IMG/VR virus record: IMGVR_UViG_3300037408_000289
Coordinates: 1-43,415 of that record
Strand: one strand, 5' to 3'
Source of the DNA: a virus
Lineage: Duplodnaviria; Caudoviricetes
Length of the DNA stretch: 43,415 nucleotides
Part shown: piece by piece, positions 41,428 through 43,415 of the stretch
Layout of the letters: each line of letters begins with the position of its first letter
Position numbering within the stretch: the stretch's first letter is position 1
Program-made: the position numbers and the translations under genes
Notes under the pieces: model-generated
Seen by the model: the letters and a program-made list of their open reading frames with translations, nothing else
What the model was told of the DNA's origin: nothing
Databases searched by the model: none

Positions 41428-42000
41428 TTGGCTTCGCAAGTTCAAATCTGTAATCTAGCTCTAACTATCTTAGGCGCGGACAGAATAACCGCAATAAGCG
41501 ATAACGCGGAGAACGCTAAGCGCCTGACTGCTATTTATTTCTCCTGCCTGGAAGATGTACTAAGGGCGCACCCCTGGAACTTTGCTATCGCCAGGCAGCA
41601 ACTCGCACAATTAGCAACCACCCCGGTATTCGGCTATGATTATGAATTTCAACTCCCGACCGATTGCCTGCGCGTGGTCGAAGTCAATGACGGGACTAAT
41701 GTAGTAACGGATTTCAAGATTGAAGGGCGCAAACTGCTGTGTAATTATACCGGTATTTATATCAAGTATGTCAGCAATGTCACCGACCCTAATCAATATA
41801 CAAGCCAGTTCATCACGGTGTTCTCCAGCCGCTTGGCCGCAGAATTAGCTTATGCGATAACCAATAACAAATCTACCCAGGAAGAGTTATACAAACTCTA
41901 TCTGCTCAGGTTACAGAACGCTAAGGAGACTGACGCTCAGGAGTCTGATTCAGTCAATATTATCGACGAGGATTTGTGGTCTATTGAAAAAAGGATCTGA
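41428..42000 (+). CDS. Tail tubular protein A / head-tail adaptor (T7 gp11, P22 gp4-like)
   Basis: ICNLAL..LG...I, HPWNFA, F.LP.DCLR, LA.ELA; GGAGG RBS with a TTG start. Confidence 0.85.
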   Translation: MASQVQICNLALTILGADRITAISDNAENAKRLTAIYFSCLEDVLRAHPWNFAIARQQLAQLATTPVFGYDYEFQLPTDCLRVVEVNDGTNVVTDFKIEGRKLLCNYTGIYIKYVSNVTDPNQYTSQFITVFSSRLAAELAYAITNNKSTQEELYKLYLLRLQNAKETDAQESDSVNIIDEDLWSIEKRI

Positions 42001-43415
42001 TGGGGAACTTAAACTTTATCCAGTGTGCATTTACCAGCGGCGAGGTTTCCCCCCAGATTGAGGGCAGGGTAGATATAGCCAAGTATGCCAATTCAGCGGC
42101 TACCCTGAACAATGTCTTCGTCAGGGTATTTGGCGGGGCTTATCGCAGGCCGGGGACTTACTTTGTATCCCATACCAAACTCTCTACCAGCGCCGTAAGG
42201 TTGATTCCATTCCAGTTCTCCACCCAGCAGGCTTATGTCGTTGAGGCGGGGGATGTTTATTTCCGTTTTTATAAAGACTCAGGCATACTGATATCTACCA
42301 ATCCGGTAGAGATTACCACCAGCTATGCGGCAGTAAACTTATTTGAGTTACAATACGCCCAGGACGCAGACACCCTTTACATTACTCACACCGGACACCC
42401 TTGTAAGAAACTAACCCGCTCCAGCCATTATCTCTGGTCATTAGAAAAGGTAGATTTTATAGGTGGCCCCTGGATGCCGGATAACTCCGACGAACAGGCT
42501 TATATCAGGGCAGACGGCACGAGCGGGACAGTCAAAGTAACCTGTTCAGGCAACGCTACATTTCTTACCGGACACTCCGGTTCATTACTCAGGATAGGCG
42601 CTTCTAACGGGTATGTAAGGCTAAACGCAGTATCTACCTACTCGGCCTCCGCTACGGTTATTAGCACATTACAGTCAGTAACCGCCACGAAACTGGCCAA
42701 TGATGACTGGGCTATGGGGGCATGGAATCAAGCTAATGGTTACCCTCAAGCGGTGTCATTCTTTGAACAAAGACTTTACTTCGGGGGGACAGCAGCCCAG
42801 CCTCAGACAGTCTGGGGTTCAGTAGAGCAAGACTATGAGAACTTCACTCCGGGAGCTGATGACTCAGACGCGGTTTCATTTACTATAGCCGACAATCAGG
42901 TTAATGCTATACGCTGGTTTGCGGCAGGCACGGCATTAGCGGTTGGCACCCTGGGAGGCAACTTCCTCATGCACTCTGATACCACCAGCGGGCCGATAAC
43001 TCCGACTTCCATAAATATCAAGAAAGAGACTTCCTACGGCGCAGACCTCATCCTTCCCAAGAGGATAGGTAACGCTATTCTTTATGTGCAACGTAACAAC
43101 CTCACTATTAGGGAACTAAGCTATGATTTTGATACCGACTCCCAGTTAGCCAAAGACGCGACTATCCTGTCAGAACATATTACCCACTCCGGCGTTCAAG
43201 ATATGGACTACCAGGAAGCACCAGATGGGGTACTGTGGATAGTGCGCAAAGACGGCAAGATAGCTACCATGACCAGGTTGGCGGATCAGGATGTTCTGGC
43301 TTGGAGTAGTCAGGAGACGCAGGGTTCGTTCTGCGCGGTGGCTGTCATACCTAACGGAAATGAAGACCAGGTTTGGGTAGTAGCCCAGAGGTCTACTGGC
43401 TATTCCGCGACTACG
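42000..43415 (+). CDS. Tail tubular protein B / nozzle, N-terminal part (missing from the ORF track; continues at 146-730, about 666 aa in total)
   Basis: ATG overlaps the upstream TGA; MGNLNFIQCAFTSGEVSP...RVD..KY...GG..RRPGT, RLIPFQFS..Q.Y, YAQDAD, YP..V.FFEQRL.FGG. Confidence 0.88.
   Translation, partial: MGNLNFIQCAFTSGEVSPQIEGRVDIAKYANSAATLNNVFVRVFGGAYRRPGTYFVSHTKLSTSAVRLIPFQFSTQQAYVVEAGDVYFRFYKDSGILISTNPVEITTSYAAVNLFELQYAQDADTLYITHTGHPCKKLTRSSHYLWSLEKVDFIGGPWMPDNSDEQAYIRADGTSGTVKVTCSGNATFLTGHSGSLLRIGASNGYVRLNAVSTYSASATVISTLQSVTATKLANDDWAMGAWNQANGYPQAVSFFEQRLYFGGTAAQPQTVWGSVEQDYENFTPGADDSDAVSFTIADNQVNAIRWFAAGTALAVGTLGGNFLMHSDTTSGPITPTSINIKKETSYGADLILPKRIGNAILYVQRNNLTIRELSYDFDTDSQLAKDATILSEHITHSGVQDMDYQEAPDGVLWIVRKDGKIATMTRLADQDVLAWSSQETQGSFCAVAVIPNGNEDQVWVVAQRSTGYSATT
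43271..43415. repeat. Terminal direct repeat, right copy
   Basis: 144/145 identical to 1-145. Confidence 0.97.

Noticed and set aside
1-43415. Diversity-generating retroelement, considered because the structural genes resemble BPP-1
   Set aside because: No reverse transcriptase or Avd-like ORF, and no TR/VR pair differing at adenines near the fibre genes.

Overview
This window is almost certainly a complete, circularly permuted genome of a dsDNA tailed phage. Positions 1-145 repeat at 43271-43415 with one synonymous mismatch, giving a unit length of about 43,270 bp, and every credible gene is on the + strand. The structural module (34.3 kb, through the join, to about 11 kb) looks podoviral, in the T7/BPP-1/P22 style: TerS, TerL, portal, scaffold, major capsid, decoration protein, tail adaptor, tail nozzle split by the join, ejection proteins and tail fibres. 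It is followed by small membrane or lysis-type genes, a metallophosphoesterase, a stand-alone TSCPD-like protein and a CHAP peptidase. The early/middle region has a PD-(D/E)XK nuclease, a lambda-O-like initiator with iterons, a C5 DNA methyltransferase with a nested alternative-frame subunit, NinG-like, YopX and a mosaic array of small genes. I found no integrase, repressor, DNA polymerase, helicase or reverse transcriptase. The most striking feature is a roughly 10.3-kb glycan synthesis, tailoring and transfer operon (23665-34016, about 24% of the genome). It encodes a His-type E1/ColD-like 3-dehydratase, Gmd, two GT2s, an acyltransferase, an SDR, an ArnT/PMT-like GT-C, a radical SAM/SPASM enzyme, a B12-dependent radical SAM enzyme and a TMTC-like GT-C with TPRs. 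Non-coding signals include three sigma70-type promoters, attenuator-like leaders, 11-6-11 palindromes, a tRNA-like element, accessory genes bracketed by RBS duplications, and a repeated-motif pseudoknot RNA upstream of the capsid gene. All product calls come from motifs and synteny read by eye; no database searches were run.
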